NCBI GenBank assembly: GCA_032250935.1 | Contig: JAVVFD010000003.1 | Coordinates: forward strand, 1-58,099 | Length of the DNA stretch: 58,099 bases | DNA from: a bacterium | GTDB lineage: Bacteria > Desulfobacterota > JADFVX01 | Reading direction: 5' to 3' | Shown here: in pieces, positions 9,568-19,024 of the stretch | Layout of the letters: the number at the start of each line of letters is the position of its first letter | Numbering within the stretch: the stretch's first letter is position 1 | Position numbers and translations under genes: made by a program | The notes under the pieces: model-generated | Told to the model about the DNA's origin: nothing | What the model saw: only the letters and a program-made list of their open reading frames with translations | The model's database searches: none

Positions 9568-11091
9568 ATGAGAGGGGAAAAAGTTTTTATGATTTTTTCA
9601 AGAATAAAACAATTTGATCTGAGGCCCTTTGTTGTTTTATTTCTACTGCTTATCGGAGCGGGCTGTAGCCATTCTGCATCTAAGAGCATCAAGGAGTCTA
9701 CCTTTAAAAGACTTTCTAAGATAAAAAAAGAGAAAAAAGCTGAAGTCCTTCGCTATTTTCAGGGAGTAATGGATAAGTCTTATGCCATCGTCGATGACGG
9801 AAAGATGGTCCGCCTTTTCAACGAAATCAAGGCAAAACCGACTCTCCTTGCCATGCAGAAACTGATATTTGATATGGACGTCCATTTTGTTACAGAGTAC
9901 AGCGACTTTTACGACATTCTCTTTGTAGATGAAAGTGGCTTCATCTTCCACAGCATCAAGCAGGAGTCTGACTACCATACGAATCTATTCAGTGGTCGAT
10001 GGGCCGGAAGCCATCTGGCCAAGCAGCTTAGGGAAGATGGAGAGAAGCAGTTCGTGGACTACGGGCATTACGGCCCATCTGACGAGCCGGCAGCCTTCTT
10101 TGTCACCCCCCTTGAGAAGGCTGGAAAAAGATCCGGCTGGATTGTCCTGCAAGCCCCCATAAACAAGGTAAATTCCATACTGTCTGATCATGGCGGTCTG
10201 GGCCGGACTGGGGAAGTTTATCTTGTGAACAGGGGTAAGCTGATGCTCACGGACTCCCGGTTTGTTGTTGACAGTACTATACTGAAACAAAAGGTAGATA
10301 CCGAAGCGGTGCGACTGGCCTTTGAAATGAAGGAGGGGCAGAAAGTGATAGAAGATTACCGGAGGGTAAGGGTCTTCAGCGCCTTTGAAAAGTTCAAAGT
10401 CTTCAACAATGAATGGATTATAATCGTAGAGATAGATGAGGACGAGGTGATTACCGAAAACTACAAGGGACATAAAAAATATTATCTCGGTGGCGTCATG
10501 AAAGAGGTTATGGTGAGGAATAAGGCCAGGAGCACCGTCTCTTCATTATGGAATAAAAAGAACGGGAAAAGGGCCGATGTGAGCGAGTTTTGTATGACTA
10601 GAAGCGGAGAACTTCTTGAGACAAGCGGGGTTGGGCCATGCACTTCTATAGTGGTCTATTTACCCCGTAAGTTCGGGTATCTATCGCACATAAGTCCAGT
10701 TGACGATATTTATAACAAAGGGCTCATGGAAAGGCTCTACCTTCGCGACAGAAATACGAGCTTTCTGTCAAAGATAATGAAGAAGATAAAGAATTACGAA
10801 ATGTACCCGTCGGAACTGAAAGAGCTTAAAATTGCCGTTGTGGCCACCCACCTTGAAAGCCTGGAAACAGTAATAGACGATCTTATCGGAATGGACATTG
10901 GCCTGGCGCAGATCAAGGTGATGATCAATCCCTATGCAGATTATGCCAATGTGCGTTTCGACCAGTCAAGTGATGACATCGGTGTGCAGTGGAGAATGAG
11001 GAGCACTTCAACGAAGGACCTTTACGAGTCGGTTGATGATGTGGCGAATCTTGGCGCTGTTATCAAGAAGGTTGCCGGGTATGAAACGTAG
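9568..11091 (+). CDS. putative lipoprotein: dCache domain fused to a CheD-like (CNF1/YfiH/CheD fold) Cys-His hydrolase domain
   Basis: hydrophobic stretch ending in lipobox-like IGAG-C33; dCache motifs shared with the neighbouring chemoreceptor; C-terminal ETSGVGPC358 ... GYLSH374; no second TM; true start may be ATG 9589. Confidence 0.75.
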   Translation: MRGEKVFMIFSRIKQFDLRPFVVLFLLLIGAGCSHSASKSIKESTFKRLSKIKKEKKAEVLRYFQGVMDKSYAIVDDGKMVRLFNEIKAKPTLLAMQKLIFDMDVHFVTEYSDFYDILFVDESGFIFHSIKQESDYHTNLFSGRWAGSHLAKQLREDGEKQFVDYGHYGPSDEPAAFFVTPLEKAGKRSGWIVLQAPINKVNSILSDHGGLGRTGEVYLVNRGKLMLTDSRFVVDSTILKQKVDTEAVRLAFEMKEGQKVIEDYRRVRVFSAFEKFKVFNNEWIIIVEIDEDEVITENYKGHKKYYLGGVMKEVMVRNKARSTVSSLWNKKNGKRADVSEFCMTRSGELLETSGVGPCTSIVVYLPRKFGYLSHISPVDDIYNKGLMERLYLRDRNTSFLSKIMKKIKNYEMYPSELKELKIAVVATHLESLETVIDDLIGMDIGLAQIKVMINPYADYANVRFDQSSDDIGVQWRMRSTSTKDLYESVDDVANLGAVIKKVAGYET

Positions 11092-11234
11092 GGATTTACC
11101 GGGGAGGGGGCAAATTGCCGATAAAATTGCCCGGCAAAAAAGATCGGTTTTGCATTATTAATTTAAAAATAGTATACTATTTTCAAATTCAGAATATTTA
11201 TTGTGAATATTACATTTTAGAGAGGATTAATCAG

Positions 11235-11786
11235 ATGCAACAACCATTGGAAATAAGTTTTCGTAACATGGATCCATCCGATGCGGTGGAGGAAAAGGTA
11301 AGGGCGCTGGCTGAAAAGCTTGACCGATACCATGATAAAATCATCGCTTGCAAGGTCATTGTGGAGGCGCCGCATAAACATCAAAACAAGGGCGTCATAT
11401 ATCAGGTAAGGATTGACCTGACCGTTCCCGGCAAGGAGTTGGTGATAAGTCGAGATAATCACAAAGACAAGTCGCATGAAGATGTTTATGTGGCAGTTCG
11501 TGATGCCTTTAATGCAGCATATCGAAAACTGGAGACACATACAGACCGCAGGAGCGGAAAGGTAAAGCTTCACGAGGAGCAGCCTCATGGTCGTATAATT
11601 TCTATTTCAGTTGATGAGGGGTTCGGCAGGATAGAGACCTCTGACGGGCGGGAGATTTATTTTCATGAGAATAGTCTTCTCAATGGAGATTTCAGCAAGC
11701 TTGAAACGGGAACTCAGGTCAGGTTCTCGGAAGAGATGGGAGATAAGGGACCTCAGGCGAGTAGTGTCAAGCTTATAGGGGCTTAG
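11235..11786 (+). CDS. HPF/RaiA-family ribosome-associated protein fused to a cold-shock domain
   Basis: MQQPLEISFRNMDPSDAVE... HEDVYVAVRDAF, then GFGRIETSDGREIYFHENS...GDKGPQA; ATG 11235 has an AGAGGA RBS. Confidence 0.9.
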   Translation: MQQPLEISFRNMDPSDAVEEKVRALAEKLDRYHDKIIACKVIVEAPHKHQNKGVIYQVRIDLTVPGKELVISRDNHKDKSHEDVYVAVRDAFNAAYRKLETHTDRRSGKVKLHEEQPHGRIISISVDEGFGRIETSDGREIYFHENSLLNGDFSKLETGTQVRFSEEMGDKGPQASSVKLIGA

Positions 11787-11812
11787 GTCTTAGCTCAGAA
11801 AAAAAACATTAT

Positions 11813-11851
11813 AAAAAAGGGGCTGTGCCGATGCGCATAGCCCCTTTTTTT
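11813..11851 (+). terminator. Rho-independent terminator, probably bidirectional
   Basis: AAAAAA-GGGGCTGTGC-CGATGC-GCATAGCCCC-TTTTTTT. Confidence 0.88.
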
Positions 11852-11989
11852 ATTAATTTTTTATATGCAGGCAAATTAAAGTGAAAAATTAAAGATCATT
11901 ATTTTGGTTTGATTGTACTTGTAGATACCTTAAAAAAGCTTATTTTTTCAGGGCTTATGATATGAGAGGGCGCTCCAACCGCAATAAAT

Positions 11990-12004
11990 TGTATACAGTA
12001 TACA
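11990..12004. promoter_or_regulatory. palindromic operator upstream of the nuo promoter (GntR-like)
   Basis: perfect TGTATAC-A-GTATACA, ending 16 bp upstream of the -35. Confidence 0.5.
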
Positions 12005-12020
12005 TTTTTGTTTTTTTTTC

Positions 12021-12049
12021 TTGACATCTTTTACGCGATGAAATAACCT
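12021..12049 (+). promoter_or_regulatory. sigma70-type promoter of the nuo operon
   Basis: TTGACA (12021-12026), 17 nt, TAACCT (12044-12049). Confidence 0.6.
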
Positions 12050-12118
12050 ACCTCAACTTCGCCACATCGGCATAGTGTCGCCTTGGTGAATAAATGATTT
12101 ACAAGGGAGAATATTTGT

Positions 12119-12496
12119 ATGTCCCAGGTTAATCTGCTTCAAGACTATCTTCCTGTTGTACTGGTTATGGGAGTCACCTTCGTTATGGCGCAGGCTGCAC
12201 TTCTGGTCGGTATGATTCTAAAACCAAAAAATTCATATAAAGAAAAGCTGGGCCCCTGGGAGTGTGGAATCGACCCCGTTGGCGAGGCGGATGCCGGGAA
12301 ATTTACGGTACAGTTTTATATCATCGCCGTTCTTTTCGTGATCTTTGATGTGGAAACGCTGTTCCTCTTTCCATGGGCTGTTGTGCTTGATAAGATTGGT
12401 ATGTTTGCATTTATAGAGATGGTGTTATTCATTGCTATACTTCTTGTCGGTTATTTTTACGCCTGGGCCAAGGGAGCGCTAAATTGGGTGAGATAA
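12119..12496 (+). CDS. nuoA: NADH-quinone oxidoreductase subunit A
   Basis: 3 TM, WECGIDP loop, [15 protein letters not shown]. Confidence 0.96.
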   Translation: MSQVNLLQDYLPVVLVMGVTFVMAQAALLVGMILKPKNSYKEKLGPWECGIDPVGEADAGKFTVQFYIIAVLFVIFDVETLFLFPWAVVLDKIGMFAFIEMVLFIAILLVGYFYAWAKGALNWVR

Positions 12497-12969
12497 TGGA
12501 AAAAGAACTTGAAAATAACGTATTTTTCACAAGTGCCGATACTATCATAAACTGGGGACGTAGTTCATCGCTCTGGCCTATGACCTTCGGTCTTGCATGC
12601 TGCGCCATTGAGATGATTTCGTCCGGCTGTTCCCGTTATGACTTTGACCGTTTCGGCGTTGTCTTCAGGCCTTCTCCAAGGCAGTCCGATGTTATGGTCG
12701 TTGCCGGGACGCTGACCAAGAAAATGGCGCCTGCCCTAAGGCGGCTTTATGATCAGATGGCGGAGCCGAGATATGTAGTTTCCATGGGAAGCTGCGCCTC
12801 CTCAGGCGGTATATTCAATACATATAGCGTCGTTCAGGGTTGCGATCTTGTCGTGCCTGTCGATGTATATGTTCCAGGCTGTCCTCCCAGGCCCGATGCC
12901 CTAATGTATGGTTTCCTCCAACTTCAGGAAAAGATTAAGAGAGAGTCCAATTTCAGGAAGAGGGCTTAA
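12496..12969 (+). CDS. nuoB: NADH-quinone oxidoreductase subunit B
   Basis: [24 protein letters not shown] (N2 ligands); ATG overlaps the nuoA stop. Confidence 0.97.
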   Translation: MEKELENNVFFTSADTIINWGRSSSLWPMTFGLACCAIEMISSGCSRYDFDRFGVVFRPSPRQSDVMVVAGTLTKKMAPALRRLYDQMAEPRYVVSMGSCASSGGIFNTYSVVQGCDLVVPVDVYVPGCPPRPDALMYGFLQLQEKIKRESNFRKRA

Positions 12970-12980
12970 GCAGGCTTAAG

Positions 12981-13469
12981 ATGGCGACTTTGAATATTAT
13001 AGACAAAATAAAAAAGAAGTTCGGCGATGCTGTCGTTGAAACTCACAGCTTTCGCGGCGATGAAACGGTCGTTGTTAAAAAAGAGAGCATTAAAGAAATT
13101 TGTATATTCCTAAGGGATGACAAAGAACTCAACTTTAATTATCTCCTCGATGTTTGCGGTGTAGATTATTTACCTAGAGAGCCGCGCTTTGAAGTTGTCT
13201 ACCATCTTCACTCCATAGGGAAAAAACATCGCCTGAGGGTCAAGGTAAGGCTGGCAGATGGAGAGAAGATAGCCTCGGTCGTTGATATATGGAAGACGGC
13301 AGACTGGGTTGAAAGAGAGACTTACGATATGTATGGGATTGAGTTTGAAGGACATCCCGACCTTAAGAGAATATATATGGATGAAGACTGGGTTGGCTAT
13401 CCACTCAGAAAAGATTATCCGGAGAGGGGCTATAAAGATGAGTATCAGCCCTTCGGTGAAGAGGAGTAG
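12981..13469 (+). CDS. nuoC: NADH-quinone oxidoreductase subunit C
   Basis: RFEVVYHL, ERETYDMYGIEFEGHPDLKRI, YPLRKDYP. Confidence 0.96.
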   Translation: MATLNIIDKIKKKFGDAVVETHSFRGDETVVVKKESIKEICIFLRDDKELNFNYLLDVCGVDYLPREPRFEVVYHLHSIGKKHRLRVKVRLADGEKIASVVDIWKTADWVERETYDMYGIEFEGHPDLKRIYMDEDWVGYPLRKDYPERGYKDEYQPFGEEE

Positions 13470-13471
13470 TT

Positions 13472-14686
13472 TTGTCTGGTTATGATGTAGAGATAACAAG
13501 TTCTGATGTGACCGGTTCAGGCGCGAAGGAGATGATTCTTAACTTCGGGCCTCAGCATCCGAGTACACACGGAGTTTTGAGAGTAGTTCTTAATCTGCAT
13601 GGTGAGCAGGTTATGAATGCGGAGTGCGTGGTGGGTTATCTGCATCGCGGCGTTGAAAAAATCGCCGAGAGCAGGAACTATCATAGTTTTATACCTTATA
13701 CGGACAGGCTTGATTATATGGCTGGCATGTCGAATAATCTCGCCTATGTAATGACCGTTGAAAAACTCCTGGAAGTCCAGGTGCCGGAGAGGGCTCAATA
13801 TCTAAGGGTAATATGCGCCGAGCTCAGCCGTATTGCAGGGCATATACTCTGTGTAGGTGCAAATGCGCTCGATCTTGGGGCTATGACCGTGCTTCTTTAC
13901 GGTTTCAGGGACAGAGAGATGATCCTTGATCTCTTCGAGATCTTATGCGGCTCAAGGATGACCACCAACTATATGCGTATAGGCGGTGTCAGTTACGATG
14001 CAAATGATATGTTCCTGCAGAAATGCAGGGAGTTTATAGACTATTTCCCGAAGGGTCTTGCTGAATACGAGCAGCTCCTGAATAACAACAGGATCTGGCT
14101 AAAGAGGATGAAGAACGTCGGCAAGATTTCCGCGAAGGATGCGACCAGTTTGGGCCTTGGCGGGCCGAACCTCAGGGCCTCAGGTGTGGATCGTGACCTC
14201 AGAAGAGATGAGCCTTATCTCGTTTATGACAAGATGGATTTCAGGGTGCCTCTCAGGGAGAGCGGCGATTGTTATGATCGTTACATTATTCGGATCTGGG
14301 AGATGAAGGAAAGCCTTAAGATAATCAGGCAGTGTCTTGACCAGCTGCCGGGCGGAGCTTTCAGGGCGGAGGATACAAAATACTGCATGCCTCCCAGGGG
14401 AAAGGTGAAAACGGATATGGAGTCGATGATACATCACTTCAAACTCGTTATGCATGGAATGGAGCCCCCAAAAGGTGAGGTATATTTCGGACTTGAATCT
14501 CCAAAGGGCGAGCTTGGTTGTTATCTTGTCAGTGACGGCACAGGAAAGCCGCACAGATTGAAGTTAAGGTCCCCGTCATTTGTGAATCTTGAATCACTGA
14601 ATTTGATGTGTAAGGGCGGTTTCATCGCCGATGTGGTTGCGGTAATCGGAAGTCTTGATCCGGTTATGGGCGAGACGGACAAATAG
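13472..14686 (+). CDS. nuoD: NADH-quinone oxidoreductase subunit D
   Basis: NFGPQHPSTHGVLR, GYLHRGVEK, DRLDY, ESPKGELG; TTG start with GAGGAG RBS. Confidence 0.97.
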   Translation: MSGYDVEITSSDVTGSGAKEMILNFGPQHPSTHGVLRVVLNLHGEQVMNAECVVGYLHRGVEKIAESRNYHSFIPYTDRLDYMAGMSNNLAYVMTVEKLLEVQVPERAQYLRVICAELSRIAGHILCVGANALDLGAMTVLLYGFRDREMILDLFEILCGSRMTTNYMRIGGVSYDANDMFLQKCREFIDYFPKGLAEYEQLLNNNRIWLKRMKNVGKISAKDATSLGLGGPNLRASGVDRDLRRDEPYLVYDKMDFRVPLRESGDCYDRYIIRIWEMKESLKIIRQCLDQLPGGAFRAEDTKYCMPPRGKVKTDMESMIHHFKLVMHGMEPPKGEVYFGLESPKGELGCYLVSDGTGKPHRLKLRSPSFVNLESLNLMCKGGFIADVVAVIGSLDPVMGETDK

Positions 14687-14723
14687 TTTAAACTGTCAAA
14701 TAGATCTTATTAGAGGTTTTAAA

Positions 14724-15194
14724 GTGGCAATCCTTTCAGAAGAAACGCTGAAAAAAATAGAGGAAGTGCAGAAAAAGTATCCGACTAAGCGGAGCGCTGT
14801 TCTTCCGGCGCTATATCTTGCACAGGCCGAACAGGGCTACGTGACAAAAGATGCGATGGCCGAAATCGCCCAGATACTTTCTGTTCCGCCTATTCAGGTC
14901 TATGAGTCGGCTACATTTTATACTATGTATAACAAGAAACCTGTGGGCAGGAATCATATACAGGTCTGTACTAATCTCTCATGTTCTCTCCTTGGGGCTG
15001 AGCATATAGTTGAGTATATCTCGAAGAAGATCGGCGTTTCCAAAGGAAAGACTACGGAAGATAATAAGTTTACCCTTTCAACGGTTGAGTGTCTCGGGTC
15101 ATGCGGAACGGCCCCTATGATGCAGATTAATGATGACTATCATGAAGACCTCACCGAAGAAAAGATTGATAAGATACTGGATGGTTTTAGCTGA
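14724..15194 (+). CDS. nuoE: NADH-quinone oxidoreductase subunit E
   Basis: ATFYTMY, VCTNLSC ... ECLGSCGTAP 2Fe-2S ligands; GTG 14724 with GAGG RBS. Confidence 0.95.
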   Translation: MAILSEETLKKIEEVQKKYPTKRSAVLPALYLAQAEQGYVTKDAMAEIAQILSVPPIQVYESATFYTMYNKKPVGRNHIQVCTNLSCSLLGAEHIVEYISKKIGVSKGKTTEDNKFTLSTVECLGSCGTAPMMQINDDYHEDLTEEKIDKILDGFS

Positions 15195-16465
15195 TGGCTG
15201 CAATCGAAAAAGTACTATGTACTAATACAGACGACCCGAAGCAGTATCTCATTGAGACGGCCCTTAAAAAGGGCGCTTATGAGAATCTGAAAAAGGCTCT
15301 TTCAATGACCCCTGATGAGGTTATTGATGAGGTAAAGGCCTCGGGCATAAGAGGCAGGGGTGGCGCTGGTTTTCCTACGGGCCTGAAGTGGAGCTTTATT
15401 CCCAAGATGTCAGACAAGGCGAAGTACGTTTGCTGTAACGCCGACGAGGGCGAGCCCGGGACATTTAAGGATAGAGTTTTAATAGAAAAAGATCCCCATC
15501 TCCTTCTCGAAGGTATCGCAATTGCCGGTTATACAATAGGCGCAACGGCGGGTTACATATATATACGTGGCGAGTTTGCCTTCGGTGCGGCCAGGCTTGA
15601 AGCGGCCATTGACGAGGCCAATAAGAAGGGTCTTCTTGGAAAGGATGCTCTGGGCAAGGGCCGGGATTTTAATATCTACGTTCATCGCGGTGCCGGTGCC
15701 TATATATGCGGTGAAGAGACCGCTCTTATCGATTCCATAGAAGGTAAAAGAGGGATGCCGAGAATAAAACCCCCTTTCCCGGCCATCGCAGGTCTCTATA
15801 ACGGTCCTACCATAGTTAACAATGTTGAGACGCTATCAGCGATACCATTTATAGTGAGAAAGGGCGGAAAGGCCTTCGGTCAGATAGGGCCTGAAAAATC
15901 GCCCGGCATGAAGATATTTACCATAAGCGGTCATGTTGAAAAGCCGGGACCTTATGAGCTTCCCATGGGAACGCCTCTGAGGGAGATAATATATGAGCAT
16001 GCCGGTGGAATAAAAGGCGGAAAGAAGCTTAAGGCTGTTATACCCGGAGGTGCTTCGACGCCCGTGCTGACTCCCGATGAGATAGATGTAAAAATGGATT
16101 TTGACTCCGTTGCGGCCATAGGCTCCATGATGGGTTCAGGGGCTATTATAGTTATGGACGAGGATACATGTATTGTTAAATCGGTTCTGACGCTTGCTAA
16201 ATTTTTCGCCCACGAATCCTGCGGAAAGTGTTCTCCCTGTCGTGAAGGGTGTACATGGATGGTCGACATTATAAGAGATATAGAGGAAGGAAAAGGGAAA
16301 GAAGGCGACGTAGATTTTCTTATCAACGTCAGCGATGGCATTTTCGGTAACACCTTCTGCCCGCTTGGTGACGGGGCATCCATGATGGTGGCCGGAGCTG
16401 TCAAAAAGTTCAGGGACGAGTTTGAGTATCATATCAAAAACAAGAAATGTATGGTTGCCTCTTAA
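15194..16465 (+). CDS. nuoF: NADH-quinone oxidoreductase subunit F
   Basis: RGRGGAGFPTGLKW, NADEGEPGTFKDR, GAGAYICGEETAL, ESCGKCSPCREG. Confidence 0.98.
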   Translation: MAAIEKVLCTNTDDPKQYLIETALKKGAYENLKKALSMTPDEVIDEVKASGIRGRGGAGFPTGLKWSFIPKMSDKAKYVCCNADEGEPGTFKDRVLIEKDPHLLLEGIAIAGYTIGATAGYIYIRGEFAFGAARLEAAIDEANKKGLLGKDALGKGRDFNIYVHRGAGAYICGEETALIDSIEGKRGMPRIKPPFPAIAGLYNGPTIVNNVETLSAIPFIVRKGGKAFGQIGPEKSPGMKIFTISGHVEKPGPYELPMGTPLREIIYEHAGGIKGGKKLKAVIPGGASTPVLTPDEIDVKMDFDSVAAIGSMMGSGAIIVMDEDTCIVKSVLTLAKFFAHESCGKCSPCREGCTWMVDIIRDIEEGKGKEGDVDFLINVSDGIFGNTFCPLGDGASMMVAGAVKKFRDEFEYHIKNKKCMVAS

Positions 16466-16475
16466 AGGTTAAGTT

Positions 16476-19013
16476 ATGGCATTAGTTACGATAAATGGTA
16501 AAGAAATACAGGTCGACGACGGTAAGCTGATCCTCGACGCTGCGCGGGAGTCAGGCTTTGAGATCCCGACGTTTTGTTATCACGCAAAGTTGAAGCAGCT
16601 CGGCTCATGCAGGATGTGTCTCGTTCAGATAGACGGGATGAGGAAGCTTCAGCCATCGTGCGTAACTCCCGTTATGGACGGTATGAAGGTATTTACCGAG
16701 TCTCCAACCGTAATAGCGGCCAGGAAGGCCCAGATGGAATTTCTCCTCATCAACCATCCTCTAGACTGCCCTGTTTGTGATCAGGCGGGTGAGTGCGAAC
16801 TGCAGGATCATGCCTTTAAGTTCGGCGGCACAAGCGGCCGTTTCAGGTGGAAGAAGCGTACCTTCGAGAAGAGGGATATGGGGCCGTCTGTTGAAAAAGA
16901 GATGAATCGCTGCATCGCCTGCAGACGTTGCTCAAGATACTGCGATGAGATATCGGGAGACTATGCAATAAGCGAGCTTAACAGGGGAAATGAACTGGAG
17001 ATGGGCAGTTTTTGCCATACCCCGATTGAAAGTGAGTTTATCGGCAATACGGCGCAGATATGCCCCGTTGGAGCCCTCACAAGCAAGCCTTTCAAGTTTA
17101 TGGCGAGATCCTGGGACTTGATAGGAACGGAAACAATATGCCCGCACTGTAGCGTCGGCTGTAGTATCACCTCTGAGCGTAAGTATGTCGATCAGGCAGC
17201 AACTCAAATGCTTCAGACCAAGTCTATAGGAAGCACCCCCGCTCTTGATGAGACGGAAAGCAGGATCCTTAGAAATATGGCCACCGAGGATAAAGGCGCT
17301 ACGGAAATCAGCCTCTGTGACAGGGGTCGATACGGTCACAGGTTTATTAACTCCGATAAGAGACTCAAAAGCCCGATGATCAGGGAGAACGGGAAGCTTG
17401 TAGAAACTTCCTGGGACAAGGCACTTGGCTTTGTAGCCGACAGACTTTCCGAAATAAAGGATAAAAAAGGCGCCGATGCGGTAGCCGGTGTTACCTCCGG
17501 TATATGCTCGAATGAGGACGGTTATCTCTTTCAAAAGTTTATGAGGGAGACTGTAGGTTCTTCCAATGTGGCGCTTTCCGCTGTTGGTGGCCTGGATAGA
17601 GCAGCAGCTGTCAGACTCTCTTCAATGAGGGGCGAGCTTAAATCTATAAAGGATGCAGACCTTGTGCTTGTCCTTGGTTCCTCCGTTGCGAGCGACACAC
17701 CGATTGCATCGATGCATGCCGGGATTGCTGCCAGAAGCGGCGGCGCCAAGCTTATAATGATTACAGCCGGCGAAAACAGGCTGCTTACATCTCCACAGCA
17801 AAGACTAAGCTACAGAAAGGGGGCTGAATCAGCTCTTGTTGCTGCCCTTGCTATGGCGGCCCAAGGCTCTTTAAAGGGAGCTGAAGCTGAAAAAATGCTT
17901 GCTGCAGCCGGAATTGATCAGGCTGATATTGAGTCAGTTAAAAAGTCGCTATCAGGTGCAAAAAAAGGAGTAATTCTTTTTGGCAATGATATAGCAGGGG
18001 GACCAGATGCCTCATCCAGTATTGAGGCTCTGTACGCTCTTGCCGAAGAGGTCGGTTTTAATGGCAAAAACGGCAGGGTCATCTATGCGCCTCCCGTTGG
18101 GAACATGGTGGGCTCGCTGGATATGGGGCTTTTGAGTGATTCTCTGCCGGGTTATAAAAAGGCTGCAAAAGCGGGAATGGATTGGCCCGCTATGATCGAA
18201 TCGGCCTCAGCTGGTAAGCTGAAGGCTATGTACCTTATGGCTGATAATCCGGTTGCGACGGCATTTGAAAGAGCTGCAGTAGTGAGCGCTTTTGAAAAGC
18301 TTGACCTTCTGATAGTTCAGGACCTCTTCCTGACGGAGACAGCTTCAGTTGCCGATGTTGTGCTTCCTGCGGCCTCTTATGCGGAGAATACGGGGACAGT
18401 GACGAACCTTGAGGGACGAGTACAGAAGCTAAACAGGTCAATAGCTCCCCTTGGTGATTCCAGAGAGGACTGGCGCATACTGGTTAACCTCTCCGAAAAA
18501 ATGGGCGGCCATTTACGGTATGCAAGCGCAAGCGATATTACCGATGAAATTTCAAAGAATGTTGCCGGATACGAAAAAATCAACCTTGATAATATAGCGA
18601 GAGACGGTCACTTTGCTGACCTTGAAAAACTTGATCAGCCCAAGTGCGGAAAGGTAGTGGCTAAGGTCGCCGGAGACAGTTCAGGAGGGGCGGACTTTCC
18701 TCTTTTCATTGTTCCGGGAAAGGACGTATTGCTCGGCAGCAGTCTTTCATGGATGGATGAATCATTATTAAAGATCAGTTCCGGTCCCAGAGCCCATCTA
18801 AGTCAGCGTGATGCGCTTAATCTGGGTATCAGCGATGGAGACGCAATTACGGTTGAAAGCAGTGGTGGGGCCGTTGAAACCAAGGCTCACGTTACTGCTA
18901 AAGTATCTGATGGATTTGTTGTTTTGCCTGCTAATCATCCTGACTTTGATGTTAGGCCTGTGTTCACTGCGTTCGGCAAAGGATGCAGTGGTCGTATCGT
19001 TAAGAAGGGATAA
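16476..19013 (+). CDS. nuoG: NADH-quinone oxidoreductase subunit G
   Basis: N1b, N5 (HPLDCPVCDQAGEC), N4 and N7 (CPHCSVGC...C) motifs, molybdopterin-oxidoreductase-like C-terminus. Confidence 0.95.
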   Translation: MALVTINGKEIQVDDGKLILDAARESGFEIPTFCYHAKLKQLGSCRMCLVQIDGMRKLQPSCVTPVMDGMKVFTESPTVIAARKAQMEFLLINHPLDCPVCDQAGECELQDHAFKFGGTSGRFRWKKRTFEKRDMGPSVEKEMNRCIACRRCSRYCDEISGDYAISELNRGNELEMGSFCHTPIESEFIGNTAQICPVGALTSKPFKFMARSWDLIGTETICPHCSVGCSITSERKYVDQAATQMLQTKSIGSTPALDETESRILRNMATEDKGATEISLCDRGRYGHRFINSDKRLKSPMIRENGKLVETSWDKALGFVADRLSEIKDKKGADAVAGVTSGICSNEDGYLFQKFMRETVGSSNVALSAVGGLDRAAAVRLSSMRGELKSIKDADLVLVLGSSVASDTPIASMHAGIAARSGGAKLIMITAGENRLLTSPQQRLSYRKGAESALVAALAMAAQGSLKGAEAEKMLAAAGIDQADIESVKKSLSGAKKGVILFGNDIAGGPDASSSIEALYALAEEVGFNGKNGRVIYAPPVGNMVGSLDMGLLSDSLPGYKKAAKAGMDWPAMIESASAGKLKAMYLMADNPVATAFERAAVVSAFEKLDLLIVQDLFLTETASVADVVLPAASYAENTGTVTNLEGRVQKLNRSIAPLGDSREDWRILVNLSEKMGGHLRYASASDITDEISKNVAGYEKINLDNIARDGHFADLEKLDQPKCGKVVAKVAGDSSGGADFPLFIVPGKDVLLGSSLSWMDESLLKISSGPRAHLSQRDALNLGISDGDAITVESSGGAVETKAHVTAKVSDGFVVLPANHPDFDVRPVFTAFGKGCSGRIVKKG

Positions 19014-19024
19014 AGGAGTCTATT

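Noticed and set aside
11235-11786. HPF + cold-shock domain fusion as a novelty
   Set aside because: This is a known, widespread architecture
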